In this document: positions 1 through 8,882 of the stretch, in pieces | Layout: the number at the start of each line of letters is the position of its first letter | Numbering within the stretch: position 1 is the stretch's first letter | NCBI GenBank assembly: GCA_036339735.1 | Contig: JAYZAL010000068.1 | Location: 1-30,344 of the forward strand | Source: Candidatus Poribacteria bacterium | GTDB lineage: Bacteria > Poribacteria > WGA-4E > UBA9662 | Reading direction: 5' to 3' | DNA: 30,344 bases | Program-made: the position numbers and the translations under genes | The notes under the pieces: model-generated | The model's input: the letters and a program-made list of their open reading frames with translations, nothing else | The model's database searches: none | Told to the model about the DNA's origin: nothing

Positions 1-1625
1 GGTCGAAAATCATCCATCTCAGGAAGTAGTACTGGTGGATTAACTGATGTGGTTTCTCCTGATGAGTTACTGACTATGGGAAATGGCTCTCCCCAATAAC
101 GCTGGCGAGAGAAGATCCAATCACGTAACTTATAGTTGGTAAAAGCTTGACCTTGGGCACTTTCTGTTAAGGCCGAAATGATTTTGGATTTGGCTTCACT
201 TGTTGGCAAACCCGTAATGGCAAAAGGGTTGGTTTCCAAATCGCCAGAATTGACGGATGTGCCATTACCTGTAAAACAATGATAATCTGCCCCATTTTGT
301 TCTTCCACCACTGTAATAATGGGTAGATCGTATTTCTTGGCAAAAGCGTAGTCTCGTTCGTCATGTGCAGGTACAGCCATAATGGCACCAGAGCCATAAT
401 CCATACTGACATAATCAGCTACAAAAATTGGCACTTTTTCTCCATTGACGGGATTCTGGGCATAGATTCCTGATTTCACACCTGTTTTTTCAGCTTCAGC
501 GGATGAGCTAACCGTTGCACTACTAGCTCTAAATTTTGCTTCAGCAACATATTTACTGACGGCTTCGACATGGTTCGGGGGGACTAGAAAACTACCGCTA
601 TCTTCGCTAACAATAGGGTGTTCTGGTGCCACAGCCATAAAAGTTACACCAAACAACGTATCCGGTCGAGTAGTAAAAACATCTAAAGTTCCGCGACTCT
701 CTCCCGTATCAGGATCTAGGATGTCAAAAAGAACTAAGGCACCGTCGCTTCTCCCAATCCAGTTTTTTTGCATCAGTTTGATTGGATCTGGCCAGTCAAT
801 TTGAAATTGACCACCGGACCCATCAGCTAAATCATCACAGTCGAGATCAGATAGAAGTCGATCAGCATAAGCTGTGATCCGCATCATCCATTGCTTGAGT
901 GGCCTCTGAAAAACTGGGAAATTACCTCGCTCGCTTTTTCCATCATTGGTAACTTCTTCATTAGATAATACAGTTCCTAATCCTGGACACCAATTCACAG
1001 TTACTTCTTTCTGATACGCAATTCGATATTCGTTCAAAATTGCTGATTTTTCTGCCGCGGAGAGTTTTTTCCACTCATAACCTTCGGTTTGGTGTTGGCC
1101 GGATTCAAAGAGTTGAACTAATTCATCGATGGGTCGAGCTTTTTGTTGCTCGAAATCAAACCAGCTTTCAAAGAATTTCTGAAACATCCACTGAGTCCAG
1201 CGATAGAAATCTTGACGTGAGGTCGCGATCTCGCGCTTCCAATCGTAACTTAAGCCCAAATATTGTAGTTGGCCACGTATAATATCAATATTATCCTCGG
1301 TTACTATGGCCGGGTGGATATTATTTTCGATAGCATACTGTTCCGCAGGCAAGCCAAAACTGTCAAAACCCATTGGGTGTAGGACATTATGACCCGTCAT
1401 TCGCTTAAATCGACTATAAATGTCAGTTGCAATGTAGCCTTTAGGGTGACCAACGTGAAGACCGGAGCCACTGGGGTAGGGAAACATATCTAAAATATAG
1501 CACTTAGGCTTATTAGAGTCGAAACCTACGTCTCCTGGGTTCAAAGTGCGAAAAACATCGTTTTGCTGCCAGTGGTCTCGCCACTTTTGTTCTATTTGCT
1601 GAAAATCATATGACCCGTTCGACAT
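1..1625 (-). CDS. leuS: Leucyl-tRNA synthetase, N-terminal part (runs off the left edge of the window)
   Basis: Manual minus-strand translation from ATG at 1625: MSNGSYDFQQIEQKW...YILDMFPYPSGSGLHVGHPKGY (HIGH motif), NVLHPMGFDSFGLPAEQYA, NWIGRSDG, FTTRPDTLFG and GTGAIMAVPAHDERD (CP1 editing domain). RBS AAGGAG upstream. Absent from the ORF track because it has no stop in the window. Confidence 0.97.
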   Translation of the reverse strand, partial: MSNGSYDFQQIEQKWRDHWQQNDVFRTLNPGDVGFDSNKPKCYILDMFPYPSGSGLHVGHPKGYIATDIYSRFKRMTGHNVLHPMGFDSFGLPAEQYAIENNIHPAIVTEDNIDIIRGQLQYLGLSYDWKREIATSRQDFYRWTQWMFQKFFESWFDFEQQKARPIDELVQLFESGQHQTEGYEWKKLSAAEKSAILNEYRIAYQKEVTVNWCPGLGTVLSNEEVTNDGKSERGNFPVFQRPLKQWMMRITAYADRLLSDLDCDDLADGSGGQFQIDWPDPIKLMQKNWIGRSDGALVLFDILDPDTGESRGTLDVFTTRPDTLFGVTFMAVAPEHPIVSEDSGSFLVPPNHVEAVSKYVAEAKFRASSATVSSSAEAEKTGVKSGIYAQNPVNGEKVPIFVADYVSMDYGSGAIMAVPAHDERDYAFAKKYDLPIITVVEEQNGADYHCFTGNGTSVNSGDLETNPFAITGLPTSEAKSKIISALTESAQGQAFTNYKLRDWIFSRQRYWGEPFPIVSNSSGETTSVNPPVLLPEMDDFR

Positions 1626-1682
1626 TTTAAAATTGACTCCTTAGTTTATACTTAAAGTGGCTGAATCTCTGCAAGCCAGCTT

Positions 1683-1712
1683 ATTATACTTACCTAATTA
1701 CTGGAGATTCAA
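1683..1712 (-). promoter_or_regulatory. Candidate sigma70-type promoter for leuS
   Basis: Minus strand TTGAAT-N18-TATAAT, about 57 nt upstream of the leuS start. Confidence 0.5.
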
Positions 1713-1745
1713 GTATGCTAAATCACTGGATATCCTGTAATGCTA
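1696..1745. repeat. Imperfect 25-bp tandem direct repeat in the divergent intergenic region
   Basis: aattactggagattcaagtatgcta / aatcactggatatcctgtaatgcta, 18/25 identical, head-to-tail. Confidence 0.5.
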
Positions 1746-1746
1746 C

Positions 1747-1775
1747 TTGTTTCATGAGAATCAGAGTGGTAAAAT
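1747..1775 (+). promoter_or_regulatory. Candidate sigma70-type (extended -10) promoter for the kinase/regulator pair
   Basis: TTGTTT-N17-TAAAAT with TG extended -10 element (TGGTAAAAT), about 100 nt upstream of ATG 1873. Confidence 0.5.
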
Positions 1776-1872
1776 GACTGTCTGTCCCAGTTAATCAGCT
1801 TCTATAGTAAGAAGGCCTGTAACGTGTCTTTCCATCCTGTCGTACTATGTAAGTCAGAAGTAGTATTTACAA

Positions 1873-3129
1873 ATGAACTCAACTCCCGAAAATCTAGATC
1901 AAGACCTTCTTGACTTCTTTTCTCAAGCTTTCCAATCATTTGACTCAGCAAGTGAAAAGTTGGCCGATGCATATTCTGATCTAGAAAAAAGATTAGAAAA
2001 TGTCAATCAGGAGTTGGAAAGGACCAATCAAGAATTGAGCCGCAGCCTAACGGAGAAGGAAGCTCTGCATAACCAGTTAGCCTGTGTATTGGAAAGTATG
2101 ACTGCAGCAGTGGTAGCAGTTGATCTTGAAGGTAATATCAATCTTTTTAACCAAGCGGCCGAACAATTGATGGAAAAGGAAGGTGAACTGGTCATAGGCC
2201 AATATTACGCAGATGTGTTTGGTAACCGACCGCTTTTATTGGAGACGTTGGACTCGAAAAAAGCTTACGTTGGGTTTGAAGGTTCGATCAAAACAGTACG
2301 CGCAACTGAGCCAGTTCCAGTACAAATCAGCACTGTTTTGATTCAACAATCGGACGGTCAAATATTGGGAGCTCTGGAGATGATTAATGACATCTCTGAG
2401 CGGGTAGAACTTGAGGAGCAATTAGGGCGTTCGACCGCCTTAGCGGAACTGGGACGCATGGCAGCTGAAGTAGCTCATGATTTACGAAATCCACTGGGGG
2501 CAATTCGCCTATATGCAGGTATGCTACAACAGGAATTAACTGATGACCGAAGACAATTAGCTGATTCTGTAGTCCGAGGATTAGACACCTTGGAGTCCAT
2601 TACCTACAACCTGCTCTCTCTAGCTCGACCAATTAAGCCAAGCTTTCAGTCTGTCGATATCGTCGAATTGATGAAGGATGTCATCATCTATACTAAGCAT
2701 GCTATGGTGGAAAATAATGTGGTATTAGTTGAAAATTATACCCAACACTTAGTTTGCCATGGTGATTTTGAACAACTTAAACAGGTTTTTCTGAATATTA
2801 TTTTGAATGCTATACAAGCAATGCCCGACGGAGGCAATTTATCTTTAACTAGTAGTATTGATGAACAAAAAGAATTATTAGTTTTTTGCGTTGAAGATAA
2901 TGGTTGTGGGATCCCTCAGGATATACAGGACAAGATTTTTACCCCATTTTTCACTTCTAAGCCATCTGGATCCGGTTTGGGGTTACACACGGTTAATCGT
3001 GTCATTGAAGCGCATTTTGGTCGAATTCGTGTTGATAGCCAAGAAGGCCAAGGCACCCGTTTTTACATTGAGTTGCCTATCGATGCTCGTCAGAACCAAC
3101 CACCTGTTTTTGAAGTGGGCCAAATGTGA
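1873..3129 (+). CDS. Cytoplasmic PAS-domain sensor histidine kinase, FleS/FlrB/FlgS-like
   Basis: N-terminal coiled coil (AFQSFDSASEKLADAYSDLE) resembling FleS; PAS (VDLEGNINLFNQAAE); H-box VAHDLRNPL; N-box NIILNAIQA; G1 DNGCG, F-box FTPFF, G2 GSGLGL; no TM segment; sits at the head of the flagellar cluster. Confidence 0.92.
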   Translation: MNSTPENLDQDLLDFFSQAFQSFDSASEKLADAYSDLEKRLENVNQELERTNQELSRSLTEKEALHNQLACVLESMTAAVVAVDLEGNINLFNQAAEQLMEKEGELVIGQYYADVFGNRPLLLETLDSKKAYVGFEGSIKTVRATEPVPVQISTVLIQQSDGQILGALEMINDISERVELEEQLGRSTALAELGRMAAEVAHDLRNPLGAIRLYAGMLQQELTDDRRQLADSVVRGLDTLESITYNLLSLARPIKPSFQSVDIVELMKDVIIYTKHAMVENNVVLVENYTQHLVCHGDFEQLKQVFLNIILNAIQAMPDGGNLSLTSSIDEQKELLVFCVEDNGCGIPQDIQDKIFTPFFTSKPSGSGLGLHTVNRVIEAHFGRIRVDSQEGQGTRFYIELPIDARQNQPPVFEVGQM

Positions 3130-3196
3130 AGTTAATCAGTTTTATGCCCTTAATCAGTATCAAAATAGGCTCAAGTTTAAGTAATTGGAGTACTAT

Positions 3197-4558
3197 ATGA
3201 GTGACTGCCAAATCCTAATTGTTGATGATGAAGATTTTATGCGTGGAGCGGTTCTAGAGGTACTGCGTCGTGCCAATCATGTAGCCATGACCGCTAGTAG
3301 CGCTAAAGAAGCTATCGACATAGTTTCCAATCGTTCTTTTTCAGTCATCATTACAGATGTGAAAATGCCAGGCATGAATGGTGTCGAATTGTTTAGAGAA
3401 CTGAAAAAGCGGCACCCAGAGACTTCAGTTATCATTATGACAGGATTTCCTGACTTAGAAGATGCGGTTGAAGTCATAAAAGAAGGGGCTGTTGATTACT
3501 TACAAAAGCCATTTCCGCCCGATCGGTTAGTAGAACTAGTCAACCAATTCATCGAAGTCCCAGATAATCGTGGTGATGACAACCTGAAAAATATAATTAC
3601 TCAAGACGAACAAATGCTGAGGATATTGGACAAAATCCGGACTGTAGCTCCGAGTAATGCACCAGTTTTAGTTCAGGGTGAAACTGGAACCGGTAAAGAA
3701 TTAATTGCCCAAGCTCTACATAATCTGAGCTTTCGGACAAAATCTGGTCAAATGGTAGCACTTAACTGTGCAGCTATACCTGAGAATTTATTAGAAAGTG
3801 AAATGTTTGGTGCTGAAAAAGGAGCGTACACTGGCTCCAATCTGCAATATATTGGTCGATTCGAAAGAGCCAATAAAGGCACCTTATTTCTCGACGAAAT
3901 TAGTGAACTATCTTTACCTCTTCAATCCAAACTTTTAAGAGCTCTACAAGAAAGAGAAATCGAGAGACTAGGAGGAACACAGCCGATTAAGGTAGATGTG
4001 AGGATTGTGGCTTGTACCAATGAAAATATTCAACAAACTGTTGATCAAGGTAAGTTCCGGTCCGATTTATTCTATCGCTTGGACGTAATTCGCATAGTCT
4101 TGCCACCACTTCGTCAACGTCCATCGGACATTTCGTTACTAGCTGAACATTTCTTGCAAAAGTATAATCAAGAATATGACAAGTCAATTTCAGGGATTGA
4201 ACCTGAAGTTCTTCCTGTATTAGCTCAATATAGTTGGCCGGGTAATATTCGCCAACTCGAAAATACCATACAAGCTGCTGTAATCCAAACCAAAGCCGAC
4301 TACATAACAGTCGATGACATCGATATGCGTCAAGACAATAGTTTTTCGCCGATAGAAACAGAAATAGTAAAAAATGAAGGTGATCAAATCAACTTTCAGG
4401 TTGGTATGACTCTGCGTGATTTGGAAAAAGAGGCTATTATGAAAACGTTAGAGGCTCACGACTATAACCAAACTAAAACGGCCGAAACTTTGGATATTAC
4501 TTCTCGTACTATTCGTAATAAGTTGAAGGACTACGATAATCAAGATACAACAGAGTGA
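3197..4558 (+). CDS. Sigma54-dependent NtrC-family response regulator, FleR/FlrC/FlgR-like
   Basis: Receiver (ILIVDDE, TDVKMP, KPF), Walker A GETGTGKE, GAYTGS loop, Walker B LFLDEI, FRSDLFYRL, WPGNIRQL, C-terminal Fis-type HTH. ATG 3197 follows a GGAG RBS and is preferred over TTG 3185. Confidence 0.94.
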   Translation: MSDCQILIVDDEDFMRGAVLEVLRRANHVAMTASSAKEAIDIVSNRSFSVIITDVKMPGMNGVELFRELKKRHPETSVIIMTGFPDLEDAVEVIKEGAVDYLQKPFPPDRLVELVNQFIEVPDNRGDDNLKNIITQDEQMLRILDKIRTVAPSNAPVLVQGETGTGKELIAQALHNLSFRTKSGQMVALNCAAIPENLLESEMFGAEKGAYTGSNLQYIGRFERANKGTLFLDEISELSLPLQSKLLRALQEREIERLGGTQPIKVDVRIVACTNENIQQTVDQGKFRSDLFYRLDVIRIVLPPLRQRPSDISLLAEHFLQKYNQEYDKSISGIEPEVLPVLAQYSWPGNIRQLENTIQAAVIQTKADYITVDDIDMRQDNSFSPIETEIVKNEGDQINFQVGMTLRDLEKEAIMKTLEAHDYNQTKTAETLDITSRTIRNKLKDYDNQDTTE

Positions 4559-4573
4559 GTCGAGGTGGGAATG

Positions 4574-4590
4574 TGGCACGATAACTGCTA
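4574..4590 (+). promoter_or_regulatory. Sigma54 (-24/-12) promoter upstream of flgB
   Basis: TGGCACG-ATAA-CTGCT matches TGGCACG-N4-TTGCW with exact GG-N10-GC spacing; intergenic, about 33 nt before the flgB ATG. Confidence 0.85.
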
Positions 4591-4622
4591 TCAGACGGGG
4601 TGAATAAATAAGGGCATAAGAA

Positions 4623-5081
4623 ATGGCAAGACTTTTTGACACTACCTTACGGGCTGTAGAATTTGCGACGGCTGGAACTCAGTTGCGTCATCACGTGATT
4701 ACCACCAACATTGCTAACGTTGATACGCCTAACTACCGAGGACTAGATCTCGATTTTCAACAGACCCTCAGAACGGCTTTGACTGAAGAAAAAATAGCAG
4801 CTCCACAGAATGCGAGCCAGCGGCTTCAACAGTTAGAGAAGAAATCATTTGCTATTGACGTCAAAATGTCGCATCATAGGCATGCTGAAGAGAGCACTCG
4901 AAAGTTTGGCACACAACTTTTGGCCGAGTCAGTGGTTGAAGAACGAAAAGATGGTAACAATTTAGACGTCGAGAAAGAGATGGCAAAGTTGATGGAAAAT
5001 TCGTACTTTCATCGGGCCTACTTAGAACTGGCAAACCGAAAGTTTCGAATGCTAAAGAATGCTATTTCAGGTCGAGTATAG
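4623..5081 (+). CDS. flgB: Flagellar basal-body rod protein FlgB
   Basis: NIANVDTPNY motif; RKDGNNLDVEKEM; position before flgC. Confidence 0.95.
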   Translation: MARLFDTTLRAVEFATAGTQLRHHVITTNIANVDTPNYRGLDLDFQQTLRTALTEEKIAAPQNASQRLQQLEKKSFAIDVKMSHHRHAEESTRKFGTQLLAESVVEERKDGNNLDVEKEMAKLMENSYFHRAYLELANRKFRMLKNAISGRV

Positions 5082-5103
5082 CCCTTAAACGGAGAGTGTA
5101 TAT

Positions 5104-5577
5104 ATGAAAGCTAATCTTTTTTCGGCAATAGATGCTAGCGTTGCAGGTCTTAGATCTCAGCGATATCGAATGAATGTTATTGCCGAAAATTTGGCCAACG
5201 TTCAGACAACCCGAACTGCTACAGGCAATCCTTACCGCCGCAAAGAAGTTCTCCTAGCTTCGGGCAACCCAGCCCCCGACTTTTCATTTGCACTTAATAG
5301 TGCTTATGAAAAATATGCCCAATTAACTCACCAGGACGTAGGCAAGCAGGCTGGTGTTCGAGTTTTGGGAACAGTAGAAGATCAATCGAATTTTCGTGAG
5401 AAATACGAGCCTGGTCATCCAGATGCGGATGAAGAAGGGATTGTCAGACTACCCAATGTCAATCCTGTGGTGGAGATGGTCAATATGCTATCAACCTCTC
5501 GCTCTTATGAATCAAATATCGCAGCTCTAAATACGTCCAAGAGAATGGCTGAAAAAGCCCTTGAAATTGGAACTTAA
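5104..5577 (+). CDS. flgC: Flagellar basal-body rod protein FlgC
   Basis: RMNVIAENLAN, PYRRK, YEPGHPDAD, PNVNPVVEMVNM, RSYESN. Confidence 0.97.
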   Translation: MKANLFSAIDASVAGLRSQRYRMNVIAENLANVQTTRTATGNPYRRKEVLLASGNPAPDFSFALNSAYEKYAQLTHQDVGKQAGVRVLGTVEDQSNFREKYEPGHPDADEEGIVRLPNVNPVVEMVNMLSTSRSYESNIAALNTSKRMAEKALEIGT

Positions 5578-5655
5578 CATATAGATAGAGATTATACGGC
5601 CTATTATTTAATTGAGGTAATTTAGGGGACTTCCCTTCAAAAAAGAGAATTTTAG

Positions 5656-5967
5656 ATGAAACTCCAAAGGACACTCATCCCGGCTCCGTCGGTGAAAAAG
5701 CCAACGGAGCAAGAAAATACAGAATCTACTACGAGTAGTACGGAAAAATCTTCCTTTTCCGATACTCTACGTGATTCTATTGATGAAGTTAATCGCTTGC
5801 AGGAACAAGCTGACCAAGCTATTGAAGCATTATCTAGGGGAGAAACTAAGGATATTGCTCAAACTATGATGGCTGTCGAAAAAGCCAATGTGTCGTTTCA
5901 ACTAATGACACAAGTACGTAATCGCTTAATTGAAGCGTATCAAGAAATTATGAGAATGCAGTCCTAG
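5656..5967 (+). CDS. fliE: Hook-basal body protein FliE
   Basis: SFSDTL...VNRLQ...MMAVEKA...QVRNRLIEAYQEIMRMQ. Confidence 0.96.
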   Translation: MKLQRTLIPAPSVKKPTEQENTESTTSSTEKSSFSDTLRDSIDEVNRLQEQADQAIEALSRGETKDIAQTMMAVEKANVSFQLMTQVRNRLIEAYQEIMRMQS

Positions 5968-6006
5968 CGCAACCGAATAGGTGGTAATCGGTTGAAAGGA
6001 TAAGGT

Positions 6007-7725
6007 GTGCCAGAAGGTCTTCTACAAATACTTAACCAAATTCGAGATATATGGAACAACCTACCTCGACAAGCACAGATTGTTGTGCCGATCGTCGGGC
6101 TGGTCATTTTAGGAGCATTGATTGGATTCAGCTTGTGGTCTGGAACGGAAGAAGATGTGGTAATTTTTTCCGGGTTGTCAGACCGAGACCTGAAAATGGT
6201 ACAGACTGAATTAGCAAATTCTGGAATTAAATACACCCTTCCTACTAGTGGGACCGTTTCGGTTCCAAATAGTGAGATAGCTAGAGCTCAGATGGTTTTG
6301 GCTATGGCAGGTATTCCACGTTCAACTAGTGGGTACCAAGTGTTTGAACAATCCTCTGGCTTTGGTGATACTTTCCTTGATTACAATCGAAAAGACCAAC
6401 AAAAGACAGAGATTAACATACGGAATGCGATCGAAACTTTAGACCCTGTTCAGTACGCCACGGTCCAGATTACCCCCATGGTGGATTCTGCATTTGCGGT
6501 TGATAAACAACCAGCAAAAGCTGTTGTAATTGTCACCCTAAAATCATCACGAACACTAGACTATCAACAGATTGAGGGTATGACTAATATTGTAGCCTTA
6601 TCGGTCAAGGGGCTATCAAAAGAGAATGTACAAATCATTGATGAGCAAGGTCGCACACTATCTGGTGAAGATGTCCAGACTTCCTATGATATGAAAATGG
6701 AAGGAGCTTTTCGTAAGTTACAATACGAAGACCAGATTTCTACTCAAAGAGCAGAACGTATTCGGCAAAGCTTGGCTCCACTGGTTGGTGGCTTAGAACA
6801 CGTCAAGGCCAATGTAGTAGTTGAAACCAATTTTGATGATCAAACTACTAATGAAGTTTTGTATAACCCTTCAGAAATCGAAATAGACTCAATCCCCCTG
6901 CAGATGGAAACCACAATCGTGGAAAATACGACAGGGCCATCCGGTTTGAATAGTGCAGTAGCCGGTGCAACTGCCAACATAAACAGCGAAACCTCGGTTA
7001 ATTCTAGTTCCGATCCTCCTATAACCGTAGGTAAGAATAGTAAAGAAACTCAGTATTTAGTTAGCGAACGAACAACTACAAAAAGAACCTCGCCAGGATC
7101 CATCACTCGTCTAACGGCTACAGTACTTATTGATTATCAATTAACTCCTGATGGTACTCGTCAAGCATGGGAAACCAATCAGATAACACAATTAACGAGT
7201 TATGCTCAAAATGCCGTTGGCTTCCAATCAGATCGAGGGGATAGTGTTGAATTGATAAGTATTGAATTTGATACTTTTTCCAAACAGCAGAGAGAAGCAG
7301 AGCTCAGCAATAGAAGACGAAGTGAAATGTACCAAGAAATTGCCAAATATATCACTATTGGAGCTATTGCACTGGTGGTACTCTTTTTAATGAGGTCTTC
7401 CTTGGAGCAGTTACAGTTAAGTGGAAGTCCTTCCACATCAATGGCGACGTCAACAGCTGATATTGAAGGTGATCTTTCTTTAGGCGTAGTACCGAATTTG
7501 TCAAACGATACCGGATTAGCGGCCCTTTCAAGTAATACTGGGGGAATCTCACTAACTGAGTCAATTGGTACTCTTCCTCAAACTACTGGTGCTGAGGCGC
7601 AAGAGATTGGGAGACTCCAAAGTGAAGTGATGACACTCGCTGATCAAAAACCAGAAGCAATTGCCCAAATTATCGAGTCTTGGTTATCTGAACCAGAAGA
7701 AATGGAAGTCGAAGAAGCGACCTAA
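6007..7725 (+). CDS. fliF: Flagellar MS-ring protein FliF
   Basis: Two TM segments flanking a periplasmic region (PAKAVVIV, SVKGLSKENVQIIDEQG, GSITRLTATV, AVGFQSDRGD); C-terminal KPEAIAQIIESWL FliG-binding motif; GTG start. Confidence 0.94.
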   Translation: MPEGLLQILNQIRDIWNNLPRQAQIVVPIVGLVILGALIGFSLWSGTEEDVVIFSGLSDRDLKMVQTELANSGIKYTLPTSGTVSVPNSEIARAQMVLAMAGIPRSTSGYQVFEQSSGFGDTFLDYNRKDQQKTEINIRNAIETLDPVQYATVQITPMVDSAFAVDKQPAKAVVIVTLKSSRTLDYQQIEGMTNIVALSVKGLSKENVQIIDEQGRTLSGEDVQTSYDMKMEGAFRKLQYEDQISTQRAERIRQSLAPLVGGLEHVKANVVVETNFDDQTTNEVLYNPSEIEIDSIPLQMETTIVENTTGPSGLNSAVAGATANINSETSVNSSSDPPITVGKNSKETQYLVSERTTTKRTSPGSITRLTATVLIDYQLTPDGTRQAWETNQITQLTSYAQNAVGFQSDRGDSVELISIEFDTFSKQQREAELSNRRRSEMYQEIAKYITIGAIALVVLFLMRSSLEQLQLSGSPSTSMATSTADIEGDLSLGVVPNLSNDTGLAALSSNTGGISLTESIGTLPQTTGAEAQEIGRLQSEVMTLADQKPEAIAQIIESWLSEPEEMEVEEAT

Positions 7726-7781
7726 TTTCAACCACAAAACGATTAGCCAAAATATAGAAATAAGCCCCTGATTGAGGTAAA

Positions 7782-8798
7782 ATGATGGCACCACTCAGTA
7801 AGCCTGATATGGCGGCAATCTTAATGATATCGCTAGGAGAAGAAAAATCCTCCAAAGTCATTGAGAAACTTAGTGAAAAATCAATCAATGATTTGGCGCT
7901 TCGAATTGGTAAGACAAAAATGGTACAAGCTCAGGAAAAACTGGAAGTCTTACGTGAATGTCGGATGTTGATACTTGCACAGGAGTACATATCTCAAGGT
8001 GGCCTGCCCTATGCTCGTTCTTTGTTGTCCAAGGCTCTGCCAGAAGAACGCGTCGAAACCATTATTGACCAAGTCGAGAGACATATTGAAGGAAACCCCT
8101 TCGATTTCATGGAAAAAGCTCCGCCAGATCGAGTCAGTGAGATTTTACGAACTGAGCACCCACAAACTATTGCGTTAATTTTGGCGAATTTGAGTCGTTC
8201 AAAAGCTAGTGAAATACTCGTTCTACTACCCGCGGAAACTAGGCTAGATATAATCAAACGTATAGCTGAAATGGACGAGATGAAACCAGAAGTCGTCGAT
8301 CTGTTGAAGAAATCGTTAAAAGAGCAGATGAAAGGGTTTTTGGATACTGCAGGTGATGTAATTGGTGGAGTTGAGGCCGTGGCAGAAATTCTCAATCTAA
8401 TTCCCCAGGCGGACGAGAGAGCAATTAGCCAAGGTCTCCAAGCTGAGGTCCCGGACATGGCTGAAGAAATTAGTAAACTGATGTTCACTTTCGATCAAAT
8501 AGCAAATATCAATGACCGTCAGCTTCAGTCAGCCATGGTCCCAATTTTGCAAGAACTAAGCGCTGAGGGGCTTGCTATCTGTCTGAAGCTTTGTGATGCT
8601 GATCTCAAGGAAAAACTCTTAAATAGTATAAGTGCTAACAACAGAAAGGACGTTATGGAGCTGTTCGATGGTCTACCAATGCAACCCATGAAAGAAGTTG
8701 AAGCTAGACAGCAGGAATTTATCAAGTTACTAAAGCAACAAGCTGATGAAGGGGTAGTCACCATTTCGGCGTCGGGTGAACAAGACACATATATCTAA
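7782..8798 (+). CDS. fliG: Flagellar motor switch protein FliG
   Basis: AAILMISLG, GGLPYA, PFDFM, EHPQTIALIL, GGVEAVAEILN, MFTFD motifs. Confidence 0.95.
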   Translation: MMAPLSKPDMAAILMISLGEEKSSKVIEKLSEKSINDLALRIGKTKMVQAQEKLEVLRECRMLILAQEYISQGGLPYARSLLSKALPEERVETIIDQVERHIEGNPFDFMEKAPPDRVSEILRTEHPQTIALILANLSRSKASEILVLLPAETRLDIIKRIAEMDEMKPEVVDLLKKSLKEQMKGFLDTAGDVIGGVEAVAEILNLIPQADERAISQGLQAEVPDMAEEISKLMFTFDQIANINDRQLQSAMVPILQELSAEGLAICLKLCDADLKEKLLNSISANNRKDVMELFDGLPMQPMKEVEARQQEFIKLLKQQADEGVVTISASGEQDTYI

Positions 8799-8882
8799 TC
8801 TAGTCTTGTATTTATATTCTATAGTTTAACCGAAGAACATAACTGAAAGTTACCCAAAAATTAACAAAATAGAAACCAGTGT

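Noticed and set aside
167-412. 81-aa minus-strand ORF (also the 1040-1282 plus-strand ORF)
   Set aside because: Both lie inside leuS in other frames
1658-1673. TGGCTGAATCTCTGCA, a GG-N10-GC match upstream of the kinase
   Set aside because: Weak -24 element, about 200 nt from the start and inside the leuS leader; a better sigma70-type promoter lies closer
4907-4925. TGGCACA inside flgB as a sigma54 promoter
   Set aside because: GG-N10-GC spacing is not satisfied
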